A stretch of 64,000 nucleotides of DNA from Lama glama (taxonomy: Eukaryota), in NCBI GenBank assembly GCA_028534125.1, contig CM052818.1:9240001-9304000 (forward strand), in the 5' to 3' direction. A model generated the notes under the pieces. That model was not told the DNA's origin, searched no databases, and saw nothing but the letters and a program-made list of their open reading frames with translations. Shown in pieces: positions 26,235 to 40,053 of the stretch. The position numbers and the translations under genes were made by a program. The first letter of the stretch is position 1. Each line of letters begins with the position of its first letter.

Positions 26235-26955
26235 GGGCCCACTCTCATGTAATGCTGGTGAAAGTTATGAACAGGTGCACTCACCATGGAGGGGAATTTG
26301 GCAATATTTGTTAAACTGACAGCATTCAGTCTGTACATTCACAACAACGTAAATATACGTAACGCTACTGAAGCGTACACTTAAAAGTAGTTAGAATGGC
26401 AAATTTTGTATGTGTTTTTTACAAAAAAAAAATCAGTGAAAAATGCCATAGGTACATACCCTTCAACCCAACAAGTTACTAGAAATTTATCCTATTGATA
26501 GACACATTTGTGGGAAATGATGTGTCCTCAAGAATATTTATTACAACATTGTATTAACAAAAGATTAGATGCAAGTCAGAGGGTAACTATTAAAATAAAT
26601 TATATTCCACTGTATAATGGAGTATCATGAGCCTTTAAAAAGGAACAGAAAGATATTTACGGATAGGGAAAGATCGCCATGATACATTGTAAAGTAAAAA
26701 GGTGAGCAACTGTGTAAAAAACAGGTGGTGGGAGGTTAGGGGATAGGAGGGGAAGGGAGGGAAATATATACATATTTGCTAATCTATTGATAGACTTTCT
26801 GAAAAGAAACACAAGAAACTTCTACTACTGGTTATTTCTGAGATGGAGAACTGGTGGCTAAGGACAGGGGATGGAGATCTTTATACGTTTTGAATTTCGA
26901 AGTTTTGTGAACTCAAAAAATTAAATAAAATTAAATTTTTTGTTTAAAAAAATAT
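26235..26955 (+). mobile_element. L1ME fragment with a nested short L1MB-like 3' end (~26320-26432)
   Basis: ggaggggaatttggcaatattt; gctactgaagcgtacacttaaaagtagttagaatggcaaattttgtatg. Confidence 0.65.
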
Positions 26956-27732
26956 ATTCAGAGAATTGAGAACTGGTGGAGATCTCAAGAAATCTAGCAC
27001 TAAATGTGCCCAAGACAGCATCTGAAGCATTCACTAGGCTCATGATGAGACTGTGTTGTGCCTCACTCATTCACTGCTATATACTCAAAGAGTAGTTCTG
27101 GAACTGTCGGTGGTACACAGGAAAGCAATCGTAGAGTGCCTAAGGTGGGTTAGGTAGGTGAGTGAGTGAGTTAACAGAAAGCTGATGTGAACTACTTATA
27201 CTTCTCTATGATGTAGGCTTTACACTCTTACAAGTTCAGACATTTATAGAGTCAATAACATCTTTATGTTTAACAAAGAGTTATTTCATCTTGTTGCATC
27301 CTTGATAGAAATGACCCAAAATTGGTTAGGGATCTGATTTTAATCTTCTAAGTGCTTAATGTCATTTGTGACTTCTTGGACTTGCCTATTACCAGTTCAA
27401 CAGCTCCAATCCTTAACCTTCTAGCAAATACCAGTTTAGCACCTGTTTAATCATTCTGTCTTCTCTGACCTCTTCAAATCTTTCTTTAAATGTGGTTTTT
27501 CAATTGGCTCATGATATTTTAGTAAGGATCAGACCTATCAAATATTGTGGCAGGATTATTGACCAGGTTTTCACATTCCCTTCCATTAACACTCTCCTGT
27601 GTTAGCTTTTGAAAGAAAATTTTTTTTTTCCTTTCCAGAAGCATCATAGAGCTGAGGAAAGAGAACCAGGTTTCAGGCCAGGAGACCTAACTCTTGAATC
27701 TCTGCCTCCACCACGTACAGGCTGAGTGGCCT

Positions 27733-28200
27733 TTCATTCATTCATTTAAACAAATATTTATTAAGCCTACTCTGTGCCAGGCCCTGTTTTGGGTACTGGG
27801 GGACTAAGCAGAGAGCAAAAGTCCCTACTGTCATGGAATTTACATTCTAGTGGGGAAAGACCACCAATGAACAAAATGAACAAGTAAAATATTATCATTT
27901 TAAATGATGGTAAGTGCTATGGAGAAAAATTTTAAAAGGAAGGGAGGATAGGGAATATGGGGGGCATGGGGTACAATTTTAAATAGAGTCAATAGCCTCT
28001 TTCTTAGCAAGGCTGTACTGAGAAGGTGGTAATTGAGTCAAGACCGTCTGTGAGGGAGTGAGCCGTGTGGATTTCTGGAAGAAGAGGGGACAGCGAGTGT
28101 GAGGGCTCTGAGGTGGTAGGTGGGCTTGATGAGGAAGAGGGGTGAACAAGAGAGCAGAGAAGGGGTTCAACCAGAAAGGAGGTTGTGATGGGCTAGACAG
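27733..28200 (-). mobile_element. L2 3' fragment
   Basis: ttcattcattcatttaaacaaatatttattaagcctactctgtgccaggccctg. Confidence 0.85.
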
Positions 28201-28790
28201 GGACCTGTGACTGAGTGAATTAATTTCTGAAAATTAGGACAATATCTATTCTTGGAGGTATAAAGTCACATACATGAAAAGTACCTGCCAAAGAGTATGA
28301 CCTGAGCAGATGGATGTTAAGTTTAATTGTCTGCAAGTCTTTGCACCTGTTTTTCAGGTTGGGGAATTGTTTTTTTCTAGTAATTGAATCCCTGTGATTA
28401 GAGAGATGTCTCTGTTCTGAAATATCTTCTCAGAAACAAAAAACCATGTGGCTTATGTCAATTAAGGTGTTGGCTCATATCCCAAAGGTAATGTTTTTTG
28501 TATCTAAGAGATATCTGCAGATGACAAACCCACCCATCTGTGGCAAAACAAAAGCTGCCAGGATACCACCTTTAACAGAAGCCACAGGTAAGGAGGTGAG
28601 AGAGGAGCAGCAGCCTGAGGTCACTGGGGAATACAAACCAATTCAGTCAATTCAGCGGAACACTTAGTCAATGCATATATTTGATGGGCTAATTCTCTCC
28701 ACAGTGCAGGCTGAACACTTTCTCTAAGACTAGTTTCCAGACAACAGCATTGCCTAACCAAAATAGGTCTTTCTTTGCTGGTCTTTCTTA

Positions 28791-28880
28791 TTTTTTTTTT
28801 TTTCCTTGATGGGGGAAGTTATTAGGTTTATTTCTTCTTAGAGGAGGTACTGGGGATTGAACTGAGGACCTCATGCATCT
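28791..28880 (-). mobile_element. 5'-truncated Vic-1-like SINE
   Basis: polyT, ttattaggtttattt, ggaggtactggggattgaactgaggacctcatgcat. Confidence 0.8.
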
Positions 28881-29255
28881 AATTCTTTACTGAGATCTCA
28901 AGATTTTAGTTAAAGAAGAGAGAGAGAGATAGAGAGAGACAAGCTGATCCTTCAGCAGCCAATCAAGAGACATTTGTCCAAGCACAAAGGTGAAAGAAAA
29001 CCACTGAAGTTGCCTGTCCCCAACTCCAGATTCTAGAGGCCATGACTGCTTTCAGTCGCTTCCTCCAGAGGCCCTTGCGTTCTGGCCTGTACAATAGCCT
29101 TGCTGTTCTGTCAACAGATAGAAACCTAGGTGGACTGAATTAATTTTGCTATCATCAATCCATCACTCTCAGGTCTGTTAAATATTAATGCCTCAGGTTC
29201 TCCAAGAGGTATCCAGGTAACACAGTTCAGCTACATCAGCAACTAGAACTAACCT

Positions 29256-29258
<3 letters not shown>

Positions 29259-29286
<28 letters not shown>
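29259..29286. repeat. (CA)14
   Basis: Read directly. Confidence 0.95.
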
Positions 29287-29288
<2 letters not shown>

Positions 29289-29969
29289 GCTATATTGACA
29301 GAGGATGAACCAAAATTCTTTGTATTAGGGTATTAGGGCAATAAAATTATTTTATCCTATTTTTCAAAATAATGCTTTTGAAATTTTTTTTAAAATTGGG
29401 TTTTGGTAAATGTGGATTATCAAAAAGTATTCTATGATTAATTTATGTCTTAAAACTCCAAACAACATATTCTATTTAAAAAATAGAATTTTTTAAAAAT
29501 TCAGTGCATCAGTCTAATATGCAGCCATTAAGATATGTTGTAGAAGATCAGTGAGTGACCCAGAGAATGTTCTGGATATATTGAGAAGTGAAAAAACAAT
29601 GAGTACTGTACAATGGCATTAAATAAATATTTTTATACATTAGGATGGAACGCATATGAAAATGACTAACATATTGTCTACTCTTAGAAGATGAATTTGC
29701 AGATGGTTTTAATTTTCTTTCTGCTGACCTACAGTTTTAAAAATTTCTACAGTCAACATGTACAACTTTTGTAATAAAAATTATTTCAATTTTGTGTTAA
29801 TTAAAATTCAGCTGCCTAATATTTCTAAAAGTCAAATTAATTTTCCAACTAGAAACGGATAAAGCAGTTCAGCTGTCTACTTTCTCTTCTTGAGAAAATG
29901 GCTTGAGAAAAGCATAGAGTCATGAAGATTTGTGCCACTGCAGTTGGGAGAGAAAGCCCTGATTCTGTG

Positions 29970-30180
29970 ATACGTACTGTGTCATCAGTGCTTTACCTGC
30001 ATCTCCTCACTTAATCTGCACAACAACCCCATGAAGAAGGCCCCATGAGGGAGCCCCTTTTAGAGATGAGGAAACTGAAGAGCAGAGAGGCTGAGTCAAT
30101 TGCCCCAAACCACAAAGTTAGGAAGAGGTACAGACCTGGGCAGCGTGGTTACAAAGCCTGAGTCCTCACCACTGCTGGAT
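29970..30180 (-). mobile_element. MIR
   Basis: cacttaatctgcacaacaaccccatgaag...tttagagatgaggaaactgaagagcagagagg. Confidence 0.8.
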
Positions 30181-30397
30181 GCCTCACTGTCTGTCTCTGC
30201 ATCCAGGCAGACCTGGCCTCATCTCCTCCTCATTCAGCGCCTTCAGTAGCTGCGGCAAGCTCTAGCTCTCTCTCCAAAACCCTGCTTCCCCCTTCCCTTC
30301 ACATTTGTAGCAGCTGCCCCGATTTCAGAGGAAAGGAGCTTCCTACATCCTCCGCTAACTGATCTATTTTCTCTAAGATGGAGCAACTCTATATGAT

Positions 30398-30487
30398 TGC
30401 AATATTTGGTACATACTTACACTAAAAAAAGTATTCGTGATCTGAAATTCAGATGTAACTGAGTGGTCTGTGTTTTGGGCAACCCTA
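30398..30487. mobile_element. MER53-like hAT MITE, one half
   Basis: catacttacactaaaaaaagtattcgtgatctgaaattcagatgtaactg...ggcaacccta. Confidence 0.7.
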
Positions 30488-32575
30488 CTTAGAGAAGATT
30501 CTCAGCTATCTTTCATCCTAAGGAAATACATTAAAACAGTCTTAATTCCTCATCCTTCTCCAACAACTGATCACCAAACTAGGAAATGCCTGTCATGCCT
30601 GCCACACCCACATCTCCTCCCAAGGTAAACTGTGTGACAACAAACCACATCTCCTGTTGCTCTTGACAGCCCTGTTTGAACATGTCAGGATCTGGCCTCC
30701 AGAGCCGACTGGAGGCTGGCCCAGGGGATTACTCCAACCTCCACTTCTGAACTCAGAGCCTGTGCACTGTTCTAACCAAATCCTGGCTGCTCCCCAGTTG
30801 TGGCAGTGTCAGTATATTAGGAGATTCCTGGTCATAGGAAACTCAATGCCCATCATGTGTGGTTACCCTCTGGACTTGTCAAATGCAGCTCCTGTCTGAC
30901 TCAGCACTTCTCCCCGCAAACCCTGACATTTATAGCCCCCAGAAAGAGGAATCTTGTCCTGGATTTGCTGCCATGTCAATGAGGAGGAATGCAGAACCCC
31001 TCAGGAAAGGACTGGGGCATAGTAGATATTCCTGGAAAAATAGGGGCCTTCCTTCACTTTAGAGGAAACAATATTATACTTTATGTTCCACACCTGTCTC
31101 TCCTAGAATATACTTTCCTTGAGAGTAGGAGCTATGACTTTTATGCCCACGCTAAAAAGGAGCACAAGGCCTGGGTAGTTTTAGCTTGAGTCGATGAGCA
31201 AACAATGAACAAGATGACCTACAACAAGGAATCACTAAGCAAACTGTGACAGCTCAGCTACCTGGGATCCTACATATCGGCTTACAATAAAAAGTCTATA
31301 TACTATGTCAATACATAGAAATGTGTGTGTGAAACCAATTAAATTCAGAAGGTAGACCAATAGATCATTTGTACTCTGATTATAACTATGTAAGATCTGT
31401 GTACCGATCACAGTTAAGACTGGCAGAATATTTGGAGTCATAAATAGTTTAGCAACTAGTACTCAGTAGGGGATTTTTCCATAAATTAGCTCAATTTCAA
31501 AACAAACATTTTCTTACAGCTAAAAACCCAGAGGGCCCTCAGCCTCTGAAGCACTAGAATAAGTAAGTCCACAGGTCTCAGAATTTGAGCTCCTACTAGC
31601 TTGGCTCAAGCTGAAAGCTCTTTCTTTTCAGAGGGTACTGTTTGCTTTCACGCAGCGCATACTCCAATGTGATAGAAACAGTGTCTGTTCAATACAGATT
31701 GAAAGGAACATCTAGCCATGACCTTTACTTTGACCAGTAAGGACCAAAAGCATGTGTTTTCCTTCCACCAAATAATCCCTGCTGTCTCTTCGCATTTTAC
31801 AGTTGAATTCAGTAAGGGTTAGCCTAGTTGGAGAATTACAACCCCATAGATCCATGGAAATCTTTCTCAAGACTGTATCTTCATCACTATCCTTCCCTAA
31901 AGCTCTTGCTGATTCCTGGTTGCCTAATCCAAATTCCTCAGCCCAGATGACTACTCAGCAGCTGATTCCAATCTGCCCTTGCAGTCTTATCTTTGACTAA
32001 CTTCTGCTGCTGTAACTGAATTTGCTTCTGGTATTTACTCATAGAAATGCCTAATTCAAGCCCTCACTTTTTTGTAAATTTCTCAAGTTTCTCCTATCAG
32101 AACAGACTTTGGGATCTCTCCTCCAGACTTCTCTGAATAGCATTTACTCTTATCATTTTTCTTTGGCCCTTACCATTTTTCTGGCTTATATTGTTGATAT
32201 CCTTTATGTGTGTTCATTTGGTCTTCCCAAGCAGACAATATCATCATTGAAGGTGGAACAAACCAGCAAATTGATCTTCACAAGGTGGGTCAATGGACCA
32301 TTGGACAGGTAGAGAAATTCAGCTATGTACATCCCCACAAACTAAGTGTCATCTTACAATTTCCAGAAATAATGCTATGCTCAGGCTGTTGGGAATTGAA
32401 TTATGCTAAGCAAAAGCTCCCAAAGATGATTTATGAGCCAGAGTATCAACTTATTTTGCAGTGAAAGTGGCCATTTGTGTAGGTTTGTTTTTTTCCCTGA
32501 TGAAAGTTGAATTATAGCTGAGAAAGTTCCTAGTAAGTGGAGACAAGGGGAGAAAATGAATTGACTCTACAACTA

Positions 32576-33030
32576 TGTATTAGTTTTCTATTGCTGCTGT
32601 TAACAAATTATCACAAACTTAAGGGCCAACAGCAACACAAATTTACAATCTTATAGTTCTATAGGTTAAAAGCCTGACATAGGTCTCACTGGACTGAAAT
32701 CAAGATGTTAGCAGGGCTCTTTTTTTTTGGAGACTGTAGGGGAGTATCTGTTTCTTTGAGTTTCCTGGCTTCTAGATATGCCCACATTCCTAGGCTCCTG
32801 GTTCCCTTTCTCCATCTTCAAAGTCAGCAATGTCAGGTTGCTGAGCAACTCTTCTACCTCCCTCTCCCACTTTGAAAGATCCTTGTGATTACATTGGACT
32901 CACTCAAGTAATCCAGGACAATCTCCCCATCTCTTAACCACACCTGCAAAGTCTGTTTGTCATGTAAATTAACATATTCTGGGTATTAGGACATGGACAT
33001 ATTTGGGAGGCTGTTATTCTGCCTACTACA
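32576..33030 (-). mobile_element. MLT1C/D-like MaLR LTR
   Basis: tgtattagttttctattgctgctgttaacaaattatcacaaactt...attctgcctactaca (TG...CA termini). Confidence 0.85.
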
Positions 33031-33893
33031 ATTAAATTTCCCCAAAACTATTCATGTGAAACCAATATATTAGGTATGAATTGTAAAACATATGTAACAT
33101 AAGGAAATGTCATGTTTATTCCTAAATTTTGATTTCCATCAGACTGAGGTGATGAGAAATTAATTAACAATCATTGTTGAGGACACCTAATGTGTTGCCT
33201 ATAATGCCACAAAAATCTTGGTCTCAGGCCATCTGGTCCCTTGATGTATAATGGCCCTCTACTCCATTGGGGATGGGCATTTCTGCTTAAGCAGGACACC
33301 GCAGGGTTCACTCATCCTGATGCTCAAATCTATTCTGAGGTCTTTGCACCTCCCTGGGCCCCCAAAGTACTAGTGAAACCCCTGCTACTCCAGGATCCTT
33401 CTCTGTCTGGAAGAATCTCCCCTTCTCTGCACCCCCACTTCATTACTCTCACAGGCAAGTGCCCCTCTCTTTCTCCCCTCTTCTTCATTGGGTTTATACT
33501 TTTACAAAAGTCCTGAAGAGCCATTGGCTTTAAACTGCTTTTGTCTTTCCTCTTGCAAAAATTCCCGGGAAAGGAATTACAAAAGACCTAGACACAAAGG
33601 ACCTGTGTAGAGTAGGGTGGGGTGGGGTTATATGTAGGCTGAGAAATAATACAGTGAGCAAAACACATTGTTACAGTTAAAAAATTAACATCTCAAAGAC
33701 CAATCCTATTGTGTAAATACAACCTACTATTTTATCTTTTTCCCCTAGGATCTGTTCCTATTTAGAATAGTTCTCATTTGATCTTCTTTATAAATAATTC
33801 TGCAGAGGCACTAGTAAAATTTGAGTCTATCATGGTCTTTTTTTTTTTTTTTTTTAGAATCTTTATAAGCCATGAGACTTCTGTTTACATTTG

Positions 33894-33993
33894 NNNNNNN
33901 NNNNNNNNNNNNNNNNNNNNNNNNNNNNNNNNNNNNNNNNNNNNNNNNNNNNNNNNNNNNNNNNNNNNNNNNNNNNNNNNNNNNNNNNNNNNN
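33894..33993. other. Assembly gap (100 N)
   Basis: Run of N. Confidence 0.98.
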
Positions 33994-34203
33994 AAAAAAA
34001 AATGTAAATTGTGAACATTTCTAATAATGCATTTTATCTTATTAGCTAGTTTAACCTGGCTGCTCCCTTAAGAGATTTGGGAACATGCTCTAATCTATGA
34101 ATGAGATATTTACAAAACAAAGTTAGACGTGTTGTTCTTGCTGAAGATAACCAACTTTTATTTGTGTATGTACCTGTGTGTTTTGCACATTTATTTTTAG
34201 AGT

Positions 34204-34400
34204 TTTTTTTTATTGTGGTAAAATATACATAAATAACATAAACATTTACCACTTTAACAATTTTAAAGTGTACAATTCAGTGGCATTAAGTACAATATTG
34301 CACAGCCATTGCTACTATCTAGTTCCAGAAGTTTTCCATCACCCCAACTGGTAACCCCATACCCATTAAGTAATCATATCTCACTACCCCAACCCCAACT
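34204..34400 (-). mobile_element. L1MB-type 3' end
   Basis: ttattgtggtaaaatatacataa...aagtgtacaattcagtggcattaagtaca. Confidence 0.85.
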
Positions 34401-34686
34401 CTTTATTTGTAGAGTTTTTATGTTAATATTTTCACTTGATATAATATATGACATAATGTATTTATAAACAATATAAAACACATAAGCAAAAACTGTTCGG
34501 ATAAAAATCTTTTCCACCCCACCTTATCTCTTTCTCTGGAATCTGCTTCCAGAACTTCTTTATCAATATATAAGCAAATTTTCACTCATTTTTACACAGA
34601 ATGAACAATTCCATAAACAATTCAGTACCTTTTTTTTTTAAACTTAAAAATGTGTCTTTATAAAACTTTTATAGCAGCTGATATGT

Positions 34687-34779
34687 AGGGTAACCATAAA
34701 TCCTGTTTTGTTTGGGACAGTCCCTGTTACGCCTGTTTTCCAGGTGTCTGTTTGGATGATAAATTGCATGATCACTCTA
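34687..34779. mobile_element. MER94-like hAT-Blackjack MITE
   Basis: tagggtaaccataaatcctgttttgtttgggacagtcc...atgatcactcta terminal inverted ends. Confidence 0.6.
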
Positions 34780-35299
34780 TATATTTGGCACTTGTATGCT
34801 TTTTACCAAATACAAATTATAAACAATTTTGGGATCCATAAATGACCAGTTAATAAATATTTGTTGATTGATTTACTACGGAACCCAGATGATTCCAAAC
34901 TAAAACCAGACTTTAAAAATTGCCATTCTAGTGAAATACATAATGCACAATTGATCCTCAGTCTGTTTTTAATCTTGAAAACTAACTAGAATGGGTTCAT
35001 TATTTACTTCATAGAGGGGCTCAAGAAACAAAGAATGAATTATCAATTATATTTGGAGGAGCTACTTCTTTTGGAAAACAAGTTGTCTATATCTATGACA
35101 ATATTAAACACATATGCCCTCTGGTATTGGAATTCCTCTTCTAGAAATTAATTCCATATGAATATCTATAGATACTCAAATATGGTTGTTAGATAGTGTT
35201 CATTGTAACAGCTGATAGCAAAAACTGGAAACAACCTACATGTCCATGAAGAGGGAACTGCTTAAATAGTTTAAGGTACTCAGTGAAATTAAAGAGAGT

Positions 35300-36449
35300 G
35301 TAACATCAAGAGAATGAGTAGACAAGCCACAGACTAGGAGAAAATAGTCTCAAAAGACAAATCTTATAAAGACTGTTATCCAAAATATACAAAGAACTCT
35401 TAAAATTCAACAATAAGAAAATGAACAACCCAATTGAAAAATGGGCCAAGGACCTGAACAGACACCTTGCCAAAGAAGATATACTGATGGCAAGTAAGCA
35501 TAGAGAAGGATGTTCAAAGTCATATGCCATTAGGAAGTTGCAAATTAAAACAAGGAGATTTCACCACATACCTATTAAAATGGCCAAAATCTAAAACACT
35601 GACCACACCAAATGCTGACAAGAATTTGGAGCAACAAGAACTCTAACTCATTGCTGGTGGGAAGGCAGCCACTTTGGAAGGCAATTTGACAGCTTCTTAC
35701 AAAAGTAAACATACTCTTACCATACAATCCAGAAATCACACTGCTTGGTATTTACCCAAATAAGTTGAAAACTTACGTCCACACAAAAAACCTGCACCTG
35801 GATGTTTATAGCAGCTTAATTCATAACTGCCAAAATTTGGAGGCAACCAAGATGTGGGTGAATAGACAAATAAACTATGGTGCACACAGACAATAGAATA
35901 TTATTCCACACTAAAAAGAAATGAGCTATCAAGCCATGAAGAGACATGGAGGAGCTTTGAATGCATATTACTAAGTGAAAGAAGCTAATCTGAAAAGGCT
36001 CCTGACTGAATGATTTCAACTTTTATGACCTTCTGGAAAAGGTAAAACTTCTTTTTTTTTAAGTTTTAAAATGTTTAAAAAGGTAAAAAGATCAGAGGTT
36101 ACCAGGTGTTAGGGGGAAAGAAGGAGTGAATAAGCAGAACACAGGATTTTTAGGTCAGTGAAACTGTTTTGCATGATACTGTAATTGTGACTACATGTCA
36201 AAACCCCTAGAATGTACAACATCAAGGGTGAGCCCTAATGTAGACTATGGACTGATTTTGTGTGATTATGATGTGTCAATGTAGGTTCATTGTAACAAAT
36301 GTACTCCTGTGGTGTGGGATATTGATAGCGGGAAAGGCTGAGCATGTTGGGGAACAGAGGATATATGAAAATTCTCTGTACTTTCTGCTCAACTTTGCTG
36401 CAAACCTAAAACTGCTCTAAAAAATCATAAAGTTTATTAACTTAAAAAA
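35300..36449 (+). mobile_element. L1MC/MD-type ORF2 3' end and 3'UTR, nested in an older L1ME (about 35040-35290 and 36450-36690)
   Basis: aaatgggccaaggacctgaacagacacc; cttaccatacaatccag; ctgtactttctgctcaactttgctgcaaacctaaaactgctctaaa. Confidence 0.9.
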
Positions 36450-36704
36450 CATTGAGTGTAGTATACTGCTAAGAGGCATCCTACTCAAGATACAGTGTTG
36501 GGTGAATAAAGAAAGTTCAGAATCATGCTTTCTAACCCTATTTTGTGTAGAAAAAAGAATAGAGAGAGAAATGGATATGCTTACATATGCCCAGAATATT
36601 AATGGAAGAATATAAAACAATATGCTACAGGGGGTTCTTCTGGGGAATGGGTTGGGAAATCAGGAATGGGGAACTTTTATTTCCATCAGTATATAGATTA
36701 ATAA

Positions 36705-38310
36705 AATTTTTATTGAAGTATAGTTGATTTATAATTTCTGCTAGTTTCAGGTATATAGCAAAGTGATTCAGTTATATGTATATGTATATATATGTATACA
36801 TGTATATTCTCTTTTAAAATTCTTTTGCATTATAGGTTATTACAAGATATTGAATACAGTTCCTATGCTATACAGTAAACCTTGTTGTTTATCTGTTTTA
36901 TATATGGTAGTAAGCATCTGTTTATCCCATACTCCTAATTTATCACCCCCATCTGGGCCCCCCTTCCCCTTTGGTAACCTTAAGTTTGTTTTCTATGTCT
37001 GTGAGTCTGTTTCTGTTTTGTAAATAAGTTCATTTGTACTATTTTTTGTTTGTTTGTTTGTTTTTGGGTGGGAGGAGGTAATTAGGTTTATTTATTTATT
37101 TATGTTTCTAATGGAGGTAGGTACTGGGGATTGAACCCAGGACCTTGTGCATGCTAAGCGCACACTCTACCACTGAGCTATACCCTCCCCTGTACTAATT
37201 TTTAGATTCCACATATAAGTGATAGCATATAGTATTTGTCTTTCTCTGTCTGACTTATTTCACTTAGGATGATAATCTCTAGGCCCATCCATGTTGCTGC
37301 AAATGGCATTATTTCATTCTTTTTATGGCTGAGTAATATTCCACCATATAAATATACCACAGTGTCTCTATTCATTCATCTGTTGATGGACACTTAGGTT
37401 GCTGTTGGCTTGGCTATTGTAAATAGTGCTGCTATGAACATTAGGGTGCATCTTTTCAAATTAGAGCTTTCATCTTTTCCCAGCATATGCCCAGGAGTGG
37501 GATTGCTGGATCATATGGTAACTCTATTTTTAGTTTTTTAACCTCTATACTATTTTCCACAGTGACTGCACCAATTTACATTCCTACCAACAGTGTAGGA
37601 GGGTCCCCTTTTCCTCACATCCTAACCAACATTTATTATTTTTAGACTTTTTGATGATAGCCATTCTGACTGATGTGAGGTGATTCCTCATTGTAGTTCT
37701 GATTTGCATTTCTTCAGCAATTAGTGCTCTCTCTCATGTACCTGTTGGCCATCTGTATGTATTCTTTGGAGAAATATCTATTTAGGTCTTCTGATCATTT
37801 TTTGTCTGAGTTGTAGGTTTTTATGTTACTGAGTTTTATGAGCTGTTGTTTATTTTGGAAATTAAGTTCTTGTTGGTCGCATTATTTGCAAATATTTCCT
37901 TCCAGTTCATAGGTTTTCTTTTCATTTTGTTTATAATTTTCTTTGCAATGCAAAGGCTTGTAAGTCTGATTACGTTTTATGGTATCATATCTTATATTTA
38001 AGTCTTTAAGCCATTTTGAGTTTATTTTTGTATATGGTGTGAGGGTGTGTTCATTGATTTACATATGGCTGTCCAGTTTTCCCAACACACTTGCTGAAGA
38101 GTCTGTCTTTTTTCCATTGTGTATTCTTACCTCCTTTGTCAAAGGTTAACTGACCGTAGGTGTGTGAATTTATTTCTCGGCTCTCCGTTCTGCTCCATTG
38201 ATCTATGTCTGTTTTTGTGTCAATACCTTGCTGTTTTGATTACTGTAGATCTGTAGTATTGTCTGAAGTCTGGGAGGGTTATCCCTCTAGCTTTATTCTT
38301 TTTCCTCAGA
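36705..38310 (-). mobile_element. Artiodactyl-type L1, 5'-truncated, with probable TSD
   Basis: ttttattgaagtatagttgatttataat 3' end; TSD-like atagattaa(t)aaaatttt at ~36693 and atagattaaaatttt at 38311. Confidence 0.9.
37047..37190 (-). mobile_element. Vic-1-like SINE inserted into the L1 3'UTR
   Basis: TSD tgtactattttt (37035) / tgtactaatttt (37191); well-conserved head. Confidence 0.92.
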
Positions 38311-39132
38311 ATAGATTAAAATTTTAATATGAGCAAATAGTTCTTCTGATCTTTCTGTGATTACTTAATTGTTTAAGTCATAAACAATTTTCTTTGCAAA
38401 ATATTCTAACAATTCAAACACAGTAAAAGTGCTCTTGACTTCCCTCCACAGTCCTACCTCTTCCCAGGAGATACCCTCTGCTGGTGGTATTTATTTGTAT
38501 CCATCTTTTATGATTTTTAAAAGTAAATTCCTTTGAACTACTTGAATGTACATTTATTATTAGTTGTAAAAGTCCCCAGTGAACACAGAGATACTCATTA
38601 TGAGGAAAAGGAAGTTTTAAAATAGGGGAGCGACAGTATTTCTCATAAGCTAGTTCAGCAGCAGGGAAAACCCCAGGCCTTTTTTAGATCTCCAAGTGCA
38701 GGAGAGGGATAGCTTAAGGTGACTGGCTGGAGGCTGCGAGTGAACAAAGAGAGGAAATCCAGAACAATGGGGTCACTCCACCTTGCCCTTCTGGAGGTGG
38801 GGCTGCTGCAGTAAGCCTGCAATTGGCCTGATCAATGTAATTTAGGGATTAGAAAGTCACTGGAGTTAACATTTTAAGTCATTACTTTGAATTCTAAGAT
38901 AGGAGATGGTGAGAAGAGTGGAAAAGTCTGAGTGTCAAATGCTTCTTTAGGTCAAAACACTGCACTGGAGTTAGAAAGGGACATGTAAGATGATGCCACT
39001 TAAGTTATTTTGCTACTTTACGATTGTAATAGAGATTAAAAATAGATAGGTATTCTAGAATCCTTTCATTAAAAAAGTTGCTTTCTGGGTTGTTTTTGTA
39101 TTATCGGGCTATTTTTCCAAAATATTGATTTA

Positions 39133-39237
39133 GGGGGAGGGTAATACAGTTCAGTGGTAGAGTGCATGTGTAGCATGTATGAAGTCCTGAGTTTGATCCC
39201 CAGTACCAGTGAAAAAATAAAGAGAATTTAAGCCCCC
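39133..39237 (+). mobile_element. Vic-1-like SINE, diverged
   Basis: ggggagggtaatacagttcagtggtagagtgcatg; TSD-like aaatattgattta / aaatactaattta. Confidence 0.85.
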
Positions 39238-39877
39238 AAATACTAATTTATTCTCTTGATTATATTAAAAAAGGGGAGGTTATGAATTTTACCCTGTTCA
39301 AGCCAGGAGATATATCTAGAGAGCTGGGAAATTACTAATCTGGGCCTCTGATAATGGGAAAAGCCAGAGACTGGGACTCAAGTCTTTACTAGACACTATG
39401 TGATCTCTCACTTAATTGCTCAATGCTTCATTTGTCTCCTCTGTAAAATAAGACTGTTGGTCCCAACAATTTCTATCATCCTATGGCTTGAAAATCTATT
39501 AGTTGAACCCATCTAGTTAATGTAAGACTGTCAGACTGAATCATACACTCAAAATGAAGTGGAGAGTTGGATCAATTGTATGGATCTTTCTGGGGGAAAA
39601 AAAAGTAAATTGGACCTCAATTAGATGTATTTCAGGCCAAACTGTTTATTCTGTTTTACTTTTCTGGGGCTATAAGATCAGAATCCTACTTAATGGATCA
39701 ACACAATTCACTTGTTCCTGGCTCCATTTACCTGGGTAGGCCCCTCAGATTCAAATACTCAGACCTAAAAATGCCAGGCATAGTTTTGCTCTATAAGTGC
39801 TGGAAAAACAAAGATGTTATTTCAAACTCAGAGCTAACTAGATCTCACACACAGCGTTTACCACCATTTAGCCAATC

Positions 39878-40053
39878 AGCCCTTCTCAAACTTAATAAAG
39901 TGCCTAAAGAGACATCTGGGGACCTTTTAAAATGCAGATTCTGATTCAGTAGGTTTGGAGTTAGGCCCCCGAGTCTGCATTTGTAATGAGCTCCCAGGTG
40001 ATGCTGTTGCTGCTGGTCTGTCTGTGTTCCATTCTTGAAGTAGCAGAGGGCTA
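39878..40053. mobile_element. MER5A MITE
   Basis: ttaaaatgcagattctgattcagtaggtttggag...ctcccaggtgatgctgttgctgctggtc. Confidence 0.85.

Noticed and set aside
33778..34014. 78-aa ORF
   Set aside because: Spans the 100-N gap and a polyT tract
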